A stretch of 62,241 nt of DNA, the filler included, from Rhabdomonas costata (lineage: Eukaryota), in the NCBI GenBank assembly GCA_019059605.1. It is 27 parts of 27 records of this genome, joined end to end, with 100 filler letters (N's around TTAATTAATTAA, not from the genome) between each part and the next. Parts side by side here need not be neighbours in the genome. Positions count along the whole stretch, not along the records: positions 9,246 to 11,456 come from JAHMHO010004820.1; positions 11,557 to 13,768 come from JAHMHO010004821.1; positions 13,869 to 16,078 come from JAHMHO010004822.1; positions 16,179 to 18,388 come from JAHMHO010004823.1; positions 18,489 to 20,694 come from JAHMHO010004824.1; positions 20,795 to 23,001 come from JAHMHO010004825.1; positions 23,102 to 25,311 come from JAHMHO010004826.1; 20 more parts are not named here. The stretch is one strand, 5' to 3'. The notes beneath the pieces were generated by a model. The model searched no databases. It was not told the DNA's origin and was given only the letters and a program-made list of their open reading frames with translations. Of this stretch, positions 11,417-24,618 are shown piece after piece. The position numbers and the translations under genes are program-made. Position 1 is the first letter of the stretch. Each line of letters starts with the position of its first letter.

Positions 11417-14400
11417 GCATGGCAATGCTCACTGCCGTGACCACCATCACCGCCACNNNNNNNNNNNNNNNNNNNNNNNNNNNNNNNNNNNNNNNNNNNN
11501 TTAATTAATTAANNNNNNNNNNNNNNNNNNNNNNNNNNNNNNNNNNNNNNNNNNNNTGTGGTGGGTGTGGTTGGGGTTGTTGGTTCCCTCTCCTTCCCCA
11601 AATGTTGTCGTCTGTGGATGAAAATGTGCATCAGTAAGCCTCCTTTTCATTGTAAGGTGGCCTTGTTGTACCCGTCTTGTTTCTGTTCGTGTCATGGTGA
11701 GTTCCAGATTTGGAATTTTTCCTTGATGGAAAAAGACCGGGACCTTTCGGTAAATTTTTTAGCAAAGTGTTACAAGGGGCTTTCTTTTTTACAGATTTAC
11801 GTTTAAGCGTTTGGATAGAGCAAAAACAGAATGTCTGCGTTGGGGTTGCACCGCGGGGACTTCCCCATTTTTCCGCTAGATTCTTCTTGAGTTTCAACTA
11901 TTTGCCCATATTTTTTTAATGCGCTGGAGCGTGCAGCAGACGACGCAGCGGGAGGTCCAATGAGCGTGTTCTGAGGTGCCAGTGGGGGTGGTGTCCCAGC
12001 GTCAGACTTCAGGGAGCACGGTAGCGGAGTTTTGAGAAGGTGGAAATTGTGCTTCGGATCTTCATTTCGGATTAGGGCTTGAGTAGCCAACCTAGTGGTG
12101 GTGCGGCGGTTGCGCAGGTCCTCCTTCATCTGCACGAATAGCTGGGAATCTAATCTCACAAGATGGAGCTTAAGCAACGACTGCATCGCGGGGATAGGGT
12201 CAAACTGCAGTCTTGAGGTTAATCCTGGAAAAGTGGGGCAGTAACTCCTTTCGGTTTCGCTTTTTGCTCTTGAAACCACTGCTACCACATGCTACATACA
12301 CCTGACCCATTTTGCTAAAATACATGTAAATGCATTTTGGTGTTTGGCGCATATTACCTTCCCCCTTGCACTATAAATAACATCGCTGCAGTCGCGACCA
12401 ATTCTGAGTACTGTTAGACAGTCCTGTCCTGTCAGCAGAAAAGGTTTCTGAAGGGGTTTTTGAAACCACCGCCACCCCATCTCCGCGACACATCCTGCGG
12501 AACTTGCCCCCTTCCCTCTCTGCGGACGAAGTGAGATGCAGCCCCGCTTTGTTCATTCTGTGAGTGCGTCGCGCGACGCACACAGCGGGCCGTACACATG
12601 GCGTCGCCCTGCGTCTCTTGTGCCCACGCGAGGTCCTGCTGAGCCCATCACCAGCTCTTCATGGCGTTTGGTTCGAGGACCGGCAGAGGCGCTCTCCACA
12701 TCTCTGCTGCCAGCCCTTGGCTGTGCTGCAGAGCGGTCCTGCCCCAGCTTCGCGGAGGGCGCATCTCCTGTCAGAGGAGATAGCGGTGAGAGGGTGGAGG
12801 TGGCCGTGGAGCTGGGCTGGGCTGCTATTCCTGGGGAGCCGCAAGCAGCCTTTAGTGTCAGGGAAGGCGTCAGGACGAGAATGTATGGCCTGCAGATGTG
12901 CTCACAAGGAAGCTGCACCCTAACGCTCTCGGTTTTAAGTTTGGTTTTATGTTTCAGGTTTTGAACAATGAACGTCAATTGCATTGACAAATGTGCTGAT
13001 AATATTGCCAGCCTCTTCCAGTGTGCAATGCACACCGCCACGCTTTCGCCATTGTAGTGGAGAAATTTTTGATTACAATGGCGTGTTCTCTCACAGAGCC
13101 TTTTGCAATTGTGGTTGGTGTTGACGTCTGACGACAGGTGGGGGCGGAACTCTACCGTTTTTTTTTGCTTTGGTTTCACAGGCGTCGCCTGTTGCGGAAG
13201 CTGTTGGGGAAGCTGATTTGACACCTTGAAAAGGCTCGTTCAGTCTCTTCTCTGCAAGGTGTTCCCAGCAATATAGCGATGAGTTGGGGAATTCAGGTGA
13301 TGTGAGATTCTTGGGGTTCCCTTGGGGCATACACTATCGGAACGTGTTCTTTGTTGTATTTGTCCTTTCTTGTATTTTTTACCGTGCCTCTGGCGCGGCC
13401 GCCTGCTTGCGGCGGAAGGTTTTCATCATTCATTGCACATGCAACGGACAATTTTCTTTGCTCAGCCGAGGTTTCCTCCTCTGACGGTATTCGGTTGTTT
13501 TCTTTTCGCTTTGTAGAAGACGTTATGTCCCACATTGCCTCCTGGTTTTGTTTCTATCGACTTGCTCAATGGGACGTGTTGTGCCATCGTGAGGAATATC
13601 GATAGAGCCAAATCCTTTGTTGCGAACAGAAGCGCAGAAAAAAAGAGCGCTTAAGGAAGCAATCTAGTGTAACGCATGATGGCGCTATCATCAAAAGGCT
13701 CGGATGGGCCGAGGATGCCTTCAATAAAGTGAAATACCGAGGCTGACTATTCACCTCAACACACCACANNNNNNNNNNNNNNNNNNNNNNNNNNNNNNNN
13801 NNNNNNNNNNNNTTAATTAATTAANNNNNNNNNNNNNNNNNNNNNNNNNNNNNNNNNNNNNNNNNNNNCCCGGGGGGGGGGGTGCGTGAAGAGAATGATG
13901 CGTTAGGCACTCTGGATTGGGTCGAATAATACATGCCCCCCCCCCACTCATTCCGCTCTGTGCATCACCGTTGGTCAGCAATCCCGTCAGATCAGACATT
14001 TGAGATGAATACTTGTCAAAAACTGTTTCTTCTGTGGACATCCAAACGGAAGCGAGGCAGTGGGGGCGATGGAGTGATGAAGCCATGTGAGCCTGCGGAA
14101 GATTTGCGGGTAGGGCAGAGAAGTGCACCGCTGCTGGCTATGCACCCGGCAGCTCTTCAGAGGGGAAGGGATGGGCGCGGATTTTGTGGGACTTCGTTTC
14201 TCTCAGGTTCTGATGGCCTTCGACCCGCTGAACCGAAGGTCTCGCAAATCTCTTTCCGGTGAACTGCCGAACTTTCTTTCGCCCCGATGGCGTCCCATCT
14301 TTGTATAACCTCAAACAAATGTTGCAATATCGGGGTACTCACGCGCGTTGAAATCGCCGTGTCGTGTCACTTTTGCTGTAGCGTTCTGTCAGCCGACTTT

Positions 14401-14581
14401 GCAGAATACTCCACCCACTTCCCACTTCCCTCACCAGTTGCTTTGATATTCATGTTACCTGACACCTGAGACCTGCCGAAGGGCACACATTGGGAGGGGG
14501 GGGCAATTTGCACAAACTCTATCCTCTTGATGCTCTCCTTTGGGTTTGCATAGATATTGGAAGAAGCTGCTGACCTCTCAG

Positions 14582-16057
14582 TCCCCCTTTGATGCGCTGT
14601 CCTGGGCCGTGGAAACCTACGATGACGGCGAGGAGATGCTGGAGATGATCAAAAAGGTATTGCTGCAATCGCGGCAGACCTTTTGCAAAACCTTTTTGGC
14701 GGTGATTCCATGAGCTGCGAACGTTCCTGATGACAGTGTAGAAGAGCGGTCCTTCCCTTCATGACTGCACAGGTGATGCTTGGAACCACCGTTGGTATGT
14801 TTAGCTGCCTATGTTCTTGCTATGTTCTGCACCCTCCCGCACGTCGAGGCGGGGGGGGACCCGCACATACCGTACTGACCTGGCTGAGGGTAGAATAAAA
14901 CACCTCCCCCGAAGGCTCCGACGACTTTGCGCAAGAAAAACAAGCGCCACTGAAAAAGGTCTGCACACACTGACGCACACACACGGATAGTTTCCCGCTT
15001 TCCCCTACAAACTAAACCCTACACAACACCCGCCCCGAAAATGGGTTGAAGAAATGCCCTCATTTTTCACCCATCGAGTCTCGGTGCATCAGTAGCCTTC
15101 GGGAATAAAATGGCTGTCCGCTGTGCCGGACTCTCCCGAGCGAGCCCATTTGTAACTCTCACTGAGGATGAAGGATCCCTCAGTGCACGGCAGTGTTGGT
15201 TGACCAAGTCATCAGCCCAACATGTAAGATATTTTCTAGTCAATTCCAGGGCTGCTGCTCCCTGACACCCCCCCCCCCCCTCATTTTGTGTCTTTATTTC
15301 ACTTGAATTGGAGCTGCCTCGACAGTAGAGTATTAGAGAACCCACCTTTTTTCTTGCTTTTTTTCTTTGCTGCTGTTCTATGCGGAGGACATTGGATGCT
15401 GGTTCCTTTTTATTTCCTTCAGTGCCGCCGGCAGCACGACGTGATTCTCATGGACGATGACTTGGGTTGGGGCAGAAAAACGGTGTGTGTGTGTGATACC
15501 ACCTCGAGTCCTCCCCAGAAAAAACTCATCCTTGCCAAGTGCACCAAGTGTGTGTGATACCACGGGGCCAGAGTTGCCTTCAGCCTAACGCCTGATCGAG
15601 ACCAACGTGTTAGACCATGATATGGATTCGAGCCGACTTCGGTGCCTGACCCTGACAGTATCCCTTTCAGTGTTCTCCCTTCACACCCAGCTCAGTGTGT
15701 GTGATACAACGGGTCATCTGACCTATGGGACGTGCTTCAGGACGCGCTCGCGGACACTAGCCTTAACATACGGTACTGCGATGCACTTGGGCATTCCACG
15801 AGCCCTAGAACCCTAGCGAGGTGTCGCGTGTTTGGTGTTTTCTTTGGAACGTTTGGCCGATATTGTAGAGACGCTTGGAGACCGTAGCCAAAGCATCCGC
15901 CAAGTGTGTGAGCATCCTCTGCGGTCACTTCCGACTTTGGTTTCCACGAGATGTGGTTTATCTTTATTTTATGGTGGCTCTGCAGGGTCCCCAGCTGACT
16001 GAAGAGATTCGGCAGTGGGAGACCGCTCACGGGCTGACCCCCTCCGTGGTGGTGGGG
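14582..16057 (+). CDS. Response-regulator receiver (REC) domain protein, partial; exons 14582-14656, 15423-15482, 15986-16057
   Basis: Spliced WAVETYDDGEEMLEMIKKCRRQHDVILMDDDLGWGRKTGPQLTEEIRQWETAHGLTPSVVVG fits the REC pattern; all junctions phase-0 GT-AG. Confidence 0.75.
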
Positions 16058-16483
16058 GTCCGCTCGCAACCTGTGGCCNNNNNNNNNNNNNNNNNNNNNN
16101 NNNNNNNNNNNNNNNNNNNNNNTTAATTAATTAANNNNNNNNNNNNNNNNNNNNNNNNNNNNNNNNNNNNNNNNNNNNTTTGTTTTTTTTGGATGGTTTG
16201 AAAGTCAGAAAAACAAAAGAAGTAAGAGCTGCTTGTTCTGCGGTGCGCTCCTTTTCCGGGGGGGAGGGGTCGAACTCAACCCCTCAACAGGGCGCGCTGA
16301 CCCCGCACATGGGAGCACTCGGGCTCACGGCACCCCCATGGATGGGTCCGCTTTATACTCTCCCTGGCGGGTCAGTTTCTTGTTGACGAGAGGGAGAATG
16401 AGAATGTGTGTGCATTTGTTCAATGCTAATAAAAAGTAAACAGCCGTTTCAATGTTTGTCGTACTTTCGCTTGCTGCCCACAG

Positions 16484-18032
16484 GCCAGATTATCGGCCGC
16501 GGCTCGCATGGCATTGTTCGAGCGGTGCGGCACCTGCCCTCCGGAGAGCTGCTGGCGAAGAAGACGATCGACACCTGTGGGCAGCCCGGGGCGGAGCTAG
16601 CGCAGGCCCTGCGGAGGGAGCTCAGCCGGCTGGGCGCCGAGGTGCACCCCAACCTGGTGGCCTACCACCAGGCCTTCTTCTGCGAGAACAAGATCAAGGC
16701 ATGACCCGTGCCATCTCAACAATGAGAAGCGAAGACCCACAGCTTACTAGCACATCGGGAAAACATCCGCATACCCCAGAAAACCGAACCTGAATTTAGG
16801 AGATTCCAATGCACAAGAAGCAACTACACTATACTGACGTGGTTTACAAAAGGCGAGTCTTTTACGATCCCTAAACCCCCCTGTAAGTCCTAAAGTCACT
16901 TTTTCCACTCTTACTTATAAGGTGGCATGGGCAACATATTGATAATGATGTTTGGTAATGCGTCAAATATCGTATCGTGGCTTCTTGCTTCTTTGCCCCC
17001 CATCTGGTGTGGTGTCTTCCATATGGTGGTCGCTTAACCACATCTTGTACCCGCAGACAAATGTACCCGCGCTGTACATGTGAGACGGGTGTCTGAGGTG
17101 TGGTGACCCGGGGCACGAATGGTGGCTGAGGCACACGTGCCAAACTGTGACTGTTTTTCGCATGTCTTCAATTTTGCAAAAATCCTCCGCTCGACCGCTC
17201 GACGCGCCGTGCTCAATCTCAGATGCGTACTCAGCGACGTCACTTGCCCTTAACATGAACGGGCATTATAACATATAAACTATAAGCATCTCGATCCGGG
17301 AACCGCAGCCGTTCTGCTGGTGCTCAGATCGCTTCCCCCCTGGCTGCTCCAATCGCCGAGACTTCCGCAGCACCAGCAGTGATCCGTTCCTTGAACTTGA
17401 ACTTGAAATGTTTTTTTTGGTTTAGTGAGTTTGAGAAGTAAGTGTCAGCCGATCATCACTATGTCGCTGAGTGTTTGGACACTTTGGACACTAAAATTTA
17501 TTTTTTTATTTTTATTTTATTTTTTATCAAAGGAAGGAGGAGGCCAGCAGGCTTTGACACCGGTTACCCCAGGTAACCATCACCACTGGAAACCTTGAGC
17601 AGGGGTGACAGAAAACTGACAAAAAAGCTTACTTACACCCCGAAATCGAGAATTTAGTTTGTAACGAACTGAAGTCGTTTTGACCTGTATTTATGCCGCT
17701 GGGCTTTGGTAGCATATGCTGTCCCTTCGTAAATGCGCACTGTTGTAAACTCGCGATTTACGGTGTAGCCTAAATATCTAATTAAACTTTGTAACCAACC
17801 CCAACGTCAGCTACTCATGTGTCTGTATTGCAGCTCATCATGGAGTTCATGAACCTGGGCTCGGTGTGCTCGCTGCTGCAGGCCCGCGGGGCCTTCCCCA
17901 TGGCTGTGGTGGCCGGGGTAGCCCTGCAGGTGGCCTGTGGGCTGCACGCGCTGCACAGCGCCGGGGTGCTGCACCGCGACCTCAAGCCCTCCAACCTCTT
18001 AGTCAACCGCGATGGCCTGGTTAAGATCTCTG
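16484..18032 (+). CDS. MAP kinase kinase (STE7 family), partial; exons 16484-16698 and 17834-18032
   Basis: [65 protein letters not shown] intron 16699-17833. Confidence 0.9.
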
Positions 18033-19082
18033 GTGGGAAATTATTTCTCTGTTGGCCCCCGCAATTAACAGAAGCATGATGCGACCCACTTTGCACTCAT
18101 GGGCTGTCGGTTCCTTCATTCGGTTTTCTCGACCTTGGTGGTAATAGCTATTGGTGATTGCCAACCTTATGCCGTCCGTCGTTCGTAAGTTTTCTGTCGT
18201 CAGTGGTCTCTCTGTGGATATAAGAATGCTGGTAATAACGGGTGGTGTGGTATTGCTACGTCATTCCAAGTGCGTCAAGCCACGTTCCCGACACAACCGT
18301 CCGCTCCGGCCGCGCTGCGCTCTCCTCTGTCCTATGAACTATTCATACCTGGATTTTTTGGAGGGCTGTCGGAGATGTGTTAACAATGNNNNNNNNNNNN
18401 NNNNNNNNNNNNNNNNNNNNNNNNNNNNNNNNTTAATTAATTAANNNNNNNNNNNNNNNNNNNNNNNNNNNNNNNNNNNNNNNNNNNNAGGGGTGGCGCC
18501 CCCAAGAAGCCGCCACCGGTGGGCATGCGTGGGGTACCATTGCATCAGCGCGGCGTGGTCGGCAAGGCTCTGCTTAACCGTTAGGAAGCGCAGCCCTGTT
18601 GGTGGGGGTGATCATATAGTTGCCGGGGTGTTGGACTTCCGCTTCAGTCTCTGAAAATGAGGAACTGCGCTTCACCTTCCGTCGTGAGTGAGGCCGAACG
18701 CAGGACGGAATCGGCCAAAATTGGCATTCGCGCAGCGGGAGGGTGAAAGGGGAGGCCATGAAATTGCCCAACTGACCCCTTTACTAAATAACTACGGACC
18801 CCCATTATCCCATTTTTATTGTAAACGGACGCCATGGGTTACACCGTGCGATAACCGTGCTGTGTTGCTCTTCCCACCACATCCTCTCGCCGCAGTAGTA
18901 TATCGCGTTCCACCCTCACAAGCTGCAACTGCAGCCGCAGCAATGTTGGTGAGGGCAGGGCAGCAGCCATTCCACAGAACGAGAAGTCGAGAGGTCGAGA
19001 AGTCCGAAGCAAAGACATCCCCATCTCCCCGACGACGTCACCATCTTCATATATGAAACGAGAAGGAGAAAGCTAAACGCAC

Positions 19083-20348
19083 CCTTGAGAGAGGTGTCAT
19101 TGTTCGGGATCGAGTTGCCGTAAAACCGGTGCTCCAGCGTCACCACCGGCAGCCTGGTAGCGCCTCGCCAGGACCATGATCCACTTCTTGGGGTCCGGGG
19201 AGCCAGGGCAGGTGGACTCCCCGCACATCAGCAGGAACAGGAACTGCGGGCTAGCCCGGTGGCCCGCCCACCCCGCGTCGCTGACCCAGTAGCGCTGCAA
19301 AAACGTTGCGGAGGAAGCTGGGTCGAAGTGGTCCACCTTCTGCTCAAACAGGTGCGGGAGATCCGGGGAGGGATCGGTGATCAGGCCTCTGTTTTCAGAG
19401 AAGCGCAAATACCCGGTATACGAGAAGATAGGAAGAATCGAATAATCACGAACGCTGAAAGAAGTACGGCAAAAACCACACATGAATGGACCCGTTTCTC
19501 ATATGATGAGCCGGCGAGAGATTTTTCGCATCAATTTGAACACGAAAATTAGAAATCTTGTGGTGAGTGCCCCTCAAATCGGAGGGTAGGTTCGCTCCCC
19601 CGGTTAATGCACTCCTCAACTTACTTGCGGTAACTCGGGAATAAGGTGCCGCCAATTGTGGCCCAACGCCAGCGTGAGGGTAAAGAGAGGGGTTGAGAAA
19701 CAGGTTCTCGCGGGGGGTTCGGGGCGATATAAGTGCGAGGGGAAGGGGGGGCACACAGCACTAGGGTAACCGCTTGTGTGCGCTTCAGTCCACCCCACAA
19801 GCACACCTTTTTGAGAGCATACGAAGGGCCTCTCCCCCGCGAGAATGGGGTGGCAGCTCCGTGAGGGCCACCGATAATCCCATGCGCAGGGCAAGAAGAA
19901 GAACGAGGAAAGAAGGAGAAAAAGCCATAGATAAACTTTCCCTGTGGGAAGTGGTAGAAAGAAAATTAATGATTGGAAGGCTCTCATTTCTCAAAGGTCA
20001 AAGAGGATCCAATATGCCGACATCCCGCCGCCCTAAAATGGAAGGACTAAGACAAGATGACAAGGGTGTGTGGATGGAAAAATTTCACAGATAAGGGGTC
20101 AGCTCAGATGAGAAGTTGGAAGAGAGAGAGAGCGTAGCTAGGGAATAGGCAATCGGATGTCGTTGAACCCTTCGGTCCCCTGTTCAGTTTTGTGTGAAAA
20201 AAGTTGTATTGGGAACAACAAACCGTGGTCTCCACGGCTTGTTCGGTGAGACCGCAAGCAGAACAGTAAATGACCAAGCCACCCATCCGGAAAAACCGTG
20301 CCAACACCGATTTCTTAGCCACCAGCCGACGAGGCTTTCGGTTGCCAT
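19083..20348 (-). CDS. Serine peptidase S28 family, partial, with a 1-nt frameshift near 19147; exons 20348-20224 (probable) and 19388-19083
   Basis: FEQKVDHFD...TFLQRYWV...LLMCGES, then after one extra G, VVTLEHRFYGNSIP. Confidence 0.85.
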
Positions 20349-21176
20349 GCACACGTCAACAGGAACGAACACTCAGCTCACGTGAATTGCTCCAGCTTCG
20401 GCACCACAGCCCGAATTCTGCCCGGCGGTGTCCTAACCGTTCGGGAACCAACGGAGAGTATTCTTCGGCAACCTGTGGCAACCCCAAAACCCGCCCAGCA
20501 CGAAAGTACCCTCGTCTTGCATTCGTTTCCTCGTCCCCAAACCCAGGCAGAAATGAGCGCGTCCAGTTTCCAGGCTATCTGCGTGGCTTTCGAGATTACC
20601 AGTGGAGTGGTACCCCCCCCTCCCAAAGTACATTCCCCTCTGTTTTACCCCATTCCCTGCCCACACCCAAGTGTAGCGGCGCTGAAAACAAACCNNNNNN
20701 NNNNNNNNNNNNNNNNNNNNNNNNNNNNNNNNNNNNNNTTAATTAATTAANNNNNNNNNNNNNNNNNNNNNNNNNNNNNNNNNNNNNNNNNNNNTGTGGT
20801 TGGTGGCAAGATATTCCAAGAGAAGTGAACGGTGCCGCGGGTCCCACTGGATCACCGCTGTGCATTCCAGATCCCAGATCTCTACGCCCAATGTGCTTCT
20901 GGACTAGGCATTAAAAACAACAAGATTGGATGCATGAGACCTGATTTTTTCGAAGCAATTTTCTTCAGTGAAAAATAATTGAAATGTGCTTTTTTCCGTG
21001 AATTTTCCTTCGAATGAAAATGAACGTTTTCGATCAAGCGCATAAGTGCGTCTGGGCGGTGGGACGCAGGCTCGCCCAGCGCTGCCCTTAAACCCTTGCG
21101 GCTTTAACTCGCTTTGCACTTTCGTCACTGCGCTTTTGTTGGGGCAATCCAAACCCATCCCTTCATCTCAAGACAC

Positions 21177-22976
21177 CTGGGATTTCCACCCGGAGCGCTT
21201 TCCACCGCCGTGGCGGCCACACCACGAAGGGCACCTCAGCGAAGACCAGCCCGATCGGGATCTGCACCCACGGGGGGGGGGGTGTCCATGTCCCATAAAG
21301 ACACAGGACATAGAAGTGCACGTGAGATAGGAGGCAACTTTTGCGGTTTAGCAGAATAGTTTGATAATTTAGTTAGAAACAAAACGAGGAGAATTGAGGG
21401 CGATGCAAATAGCCGTGCGATTCACCCCATGAGCCTTGCGAGCTGAACAGGAGGCAAGAGAACCTGGCGCACCATACATCGAGGAGTAACTCGTCCAGGC
21501 CTGCCTGCGAGACTTTCGTCTTTAAGCGGTCTTTACAGAACTTAAAAGCTCCACGAACAAACATACGCGTACACACATACACGGACTTTAGAAATCTCTC
21601 CCGCCGCCTGGCCACTTCTTGGGGTACGGATGTTCGGAGGTTCTTAGGATACCTCAATGGCGTATATAACCGTATAAATCCTAAGGAGCTCCAACACATA
21701 CACACACTTTGTGCACTTGGCGAATGCAAAGCACTACACGCCCATCACTTCAACGATGTGCGGAAGGGCTACGGCAAGCCTTCACGGTCAGCGTATCAGC
21801 TTTTAGTATGCTCTTTTTTTTTTTGCACTGAGAGCAGATTGGAGGGTTCCCAGAACACAGGAAAGGAGAGTGGCATAGCGCAACCTCGGGCCAAAACTGA
21901 GGAACGTCCTATCGGTCTGTAGGCCCGCCCGAGGAAGTCCAAAATATTATCCTCTTCGCGCACCCATCTTAAACACAAAAGCAAAAAACACAAAAGCACG
22001 CACAGACCGGGCCCAGGCTGTGGCTATCGATGGCCTGCTCATGGTTGTCCCCCTCCACCCAGCAGTGACCTGGGGGCACCGCTCGAAGCTCGTGGTTCTT
22101 TGTCCTCACCTTAGAGAGGAGTCGGAGTCGGGGGTGGGCAGCTCAGCAGCTCCCCGCCAAAAAAAATTCTTCAATTTCAAAGTTTTCAAAGTTTCACCGT
22201 CACTCGATATCGGAGTTTCCACTTCTTTGGGCTTTCGGCTTCTCTGCTATCCCTGAGGAGTATTGCCATATAATCTGAGGTGCTTCGGTGGGAGCCCGCA
22301 AGCCCCCCTCCCCAAGTTTACCACCTCGCACAAAACTTTCCACCGACCAATGCAGGGGCAAGGGCAATGAGAAGCATAGAAGGGAAAGTTGAGAAGCGGC
22401 CCCCGCAGAGCAGTGCAGAGCAGGAGAGCACGGGGGGAGGGGGCTGCGGCACCACGTCTGGGTAGAGTCCCACGACCCTCTTGATCACCATCTGGGCCTC
22501 GTCCTCCGGATCGATGAAGGCGTACACCTTCCCTGTTCCAATGTGGACGCAGACTGAGCTCTCGGATTTAGGGCTTGTGATCGGGGTGAGGTTATTCATG
22601 ATTTATCTGGTTTATCCCTGAGAAGGGCCAGCCTAGTGTATCGCCCAAGATCGGCAAGATGCTTTACTTAGTGTGGTCCAAGTATATTTGACGACTCCCC
22701 CTGAGCCTTATTTGTTTAACGACCCCGCCATAATCCTCCGAAACAAGGAAGGAGCAAAGAGTTGCTTCGCCTGCATCGCAAACTAGACGAGCGAGGAGAT
22801 AGAATCAGAGAAAGGGTGGGGGTAATAGCCAAAGAAAAAAGACGGAGTTGGAATCACCACCGACAACCAGGATGGAAATCCCTCACCTCCCGTACCCCCC
22901 CCCCTTCCCAACAGCGGTACACCTCTGTGCACGTTGCGGCGATCTCGGACGGAGATCCGATCCAGCAGAACCCAAT
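21177..22976 (-). CDS. IMP2: Mitochondrial inner-membrane peptidase IMP2-like (S26), partial; exons 22976-22923, 22532-22453, 22109-22008, 21261-21177
   Basis: Spliced WVLLDRISVRDRRNVHRGKVYAFIDPEDEAQMVIKRVVGLYPDVVRTKNHELRAVPPGHCWVEGDNHEQAIDSHSLGPIPIGLVFAEVPFVVWPP; all GT-AG and in frame. Confidence 0.88.
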
Positions 22977-23102
22977 CTGTCACGTCACCCCACCAACAAC
23001 ANNNNNNNNNNNNNNNNNNNNNNNNNNNNNNNNNNNNNNNNNNNNTTAATTAATTAANNNNNNNNNNNNNNNNNNNNNNNNNNNNNNNNNNNNNNNNNNN
23101 NG

Positions 23103-23992
23103 GCGTCTTACATATGTCACATGCTGGACATGCGTCGGGAAGTCCTTTCTGAGGATGAGTTGTGCGGCATTGAGTGGGTGTTCCTGTTTAAGTACAACCC
23201 GGATGGGTTCAGCTCACACATTAGCTTTCACAGGGATGGACGCTTCTCTGGCAAGGAGGCGGTAGGGCTCACAAAACACATCAGCCATGGATGACGGCGC
23301 TGTTCCGGTTGTCGAAGGCTAGTTGTCGACCATCCAGTTATCATTGCTCCATGTTCCCATAGTTGATTTTCTTGTTATTCTGGACTGTTTTGCTATCGTG
23401 TACCGAGAATATGTGCACAATGATCTTCGCTTGGCTGAAACCAATCAGTAAAAAAGGAACGCTGCCGTTATTCGAGGATCTCGAATTAATTAAACTTTAA
23501 AGCTTTAATTGTCGACTCGACGTCACTTGAACACCCTTTAGAAACAGGCCTATTCGTTTCAAGTGACCTCGAAGATTCGTTGACTTCCGAAAAGCAAAAG
23601 TTGATCACTGTACTGAAGATTCCTGCTGCTACCATGTCGCTGAAGGTAAAGTTTCTTGCACTAATTTTGGGAATTGTGGTCGGAATAAGATGGGAGGTAA
23701 ACGCATGGGCGTGGCTTTTTGCGGCAATACATCCTCCTGCGCCTGCTGGGTTTCGATGGATCCCGTGTTCCACCACCTTGAGCATAAGTGGCGGAGAGTG
23801 GCTGGAGGGGCGGTGCAGGTGAACGAGTTCCCCCCAGTTCACTCTGCAAGGCTTCCAGACTTCTCCTTTGTGATGCAGAACGATTACGTGATCCTCTTTC
23901 AGAACTGGCGGGGCTTTGACCGGGACCACGCCATCGCTTTGCTGATGGATCTGGATCGTCCCGAGCACTTTGAGCATGGCTTCGACCTTTGA
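23103..23992 (+). CDS. Hypothetical protein C-terminus, resembling a domain found after F-boxes in plant/protist proteins; two exons (about 23103-23261 and about 23750-23992)
   Basis: SYICHMLDMRREVLSEDELCGIEWVFLFK...FHRDG, then WRRVAGGAVQVNEFPPVHSARLPDFSFVMQNDYVIL; the second exon's acceptor is uncertain. Confidence 0.55.
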
Positions 23993-24339
23993 GTTGTGAT
24001 TGCACCGTACTTGATTAAGTGCACTTAGTGTTCTTTTATTGTATTTTTGCCCCACGGCACGTGGGTGAATCCGCCTGTTCGTCTTCTGCATCTCGTTGGT
24101 TCCCGAAACGTTTTTGATGCGCAGCAGGTTAACTGGGTAGGGCACGGAGGACTTCCTGTGTATTCTGGTTTTTCCTTGAGGCCAATTTGTCAATGGCATG
24201 CGTTGGATTGCTTATTTTTGATGTGTTGTGAAACTGGGAATCTATATTTGCGTTTCGCGAAATACGGGACCCCGATATGAACATATTCATTGAAGTATTA
24301 CGAAGCAAACGGCTAGTCCTGGTGTGGGTTTGCCCATTC

Positions 24340-24420
24340 CCTCTGTTCTCTTTTCTTTGTTCTGCTTTGTTTTGCTGTTCTCTCTCTCTCTGTTCTGCTT
24401 TGCTTTGCTTTGCTTTGCAG
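24340..24420 (+). promoter_or_regulatory. Polypyrimidine tract ending in CAG: candidate trans-splice or 5'UTR splice acceptor for the phosphatase gene
   Basis: About 80 nt C/T-rich with (CTTTG)n, ending TTGCAG at 24420, about 200 nt before the ATG at 24619. Confidence 0.45.
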
Positions 24421-24618
24421 CAAGCCGGAGGTCTAACGGACACGTGTGCATAGTTTCCCTTTGCCCACTCGTACGGGGGAAGAACGCTGTCCCTCGACTG
24501 CCGGAGTGATCATCGTCATCCTTTCCCACCACTCCTGTCCCCTTTACTGCACAGTGCTCACAGCATTATCTTTGCTATCAAGTCTCCTGCCTTGCTTGGT
24601 GTGTGAACCACTGCAAAA

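Noticed and set aside
11557-13768. Minus-strand ORFs 11803-12288 and 12553-13224
   Set aside because: Possibly exons, but no motif or confident junctions.
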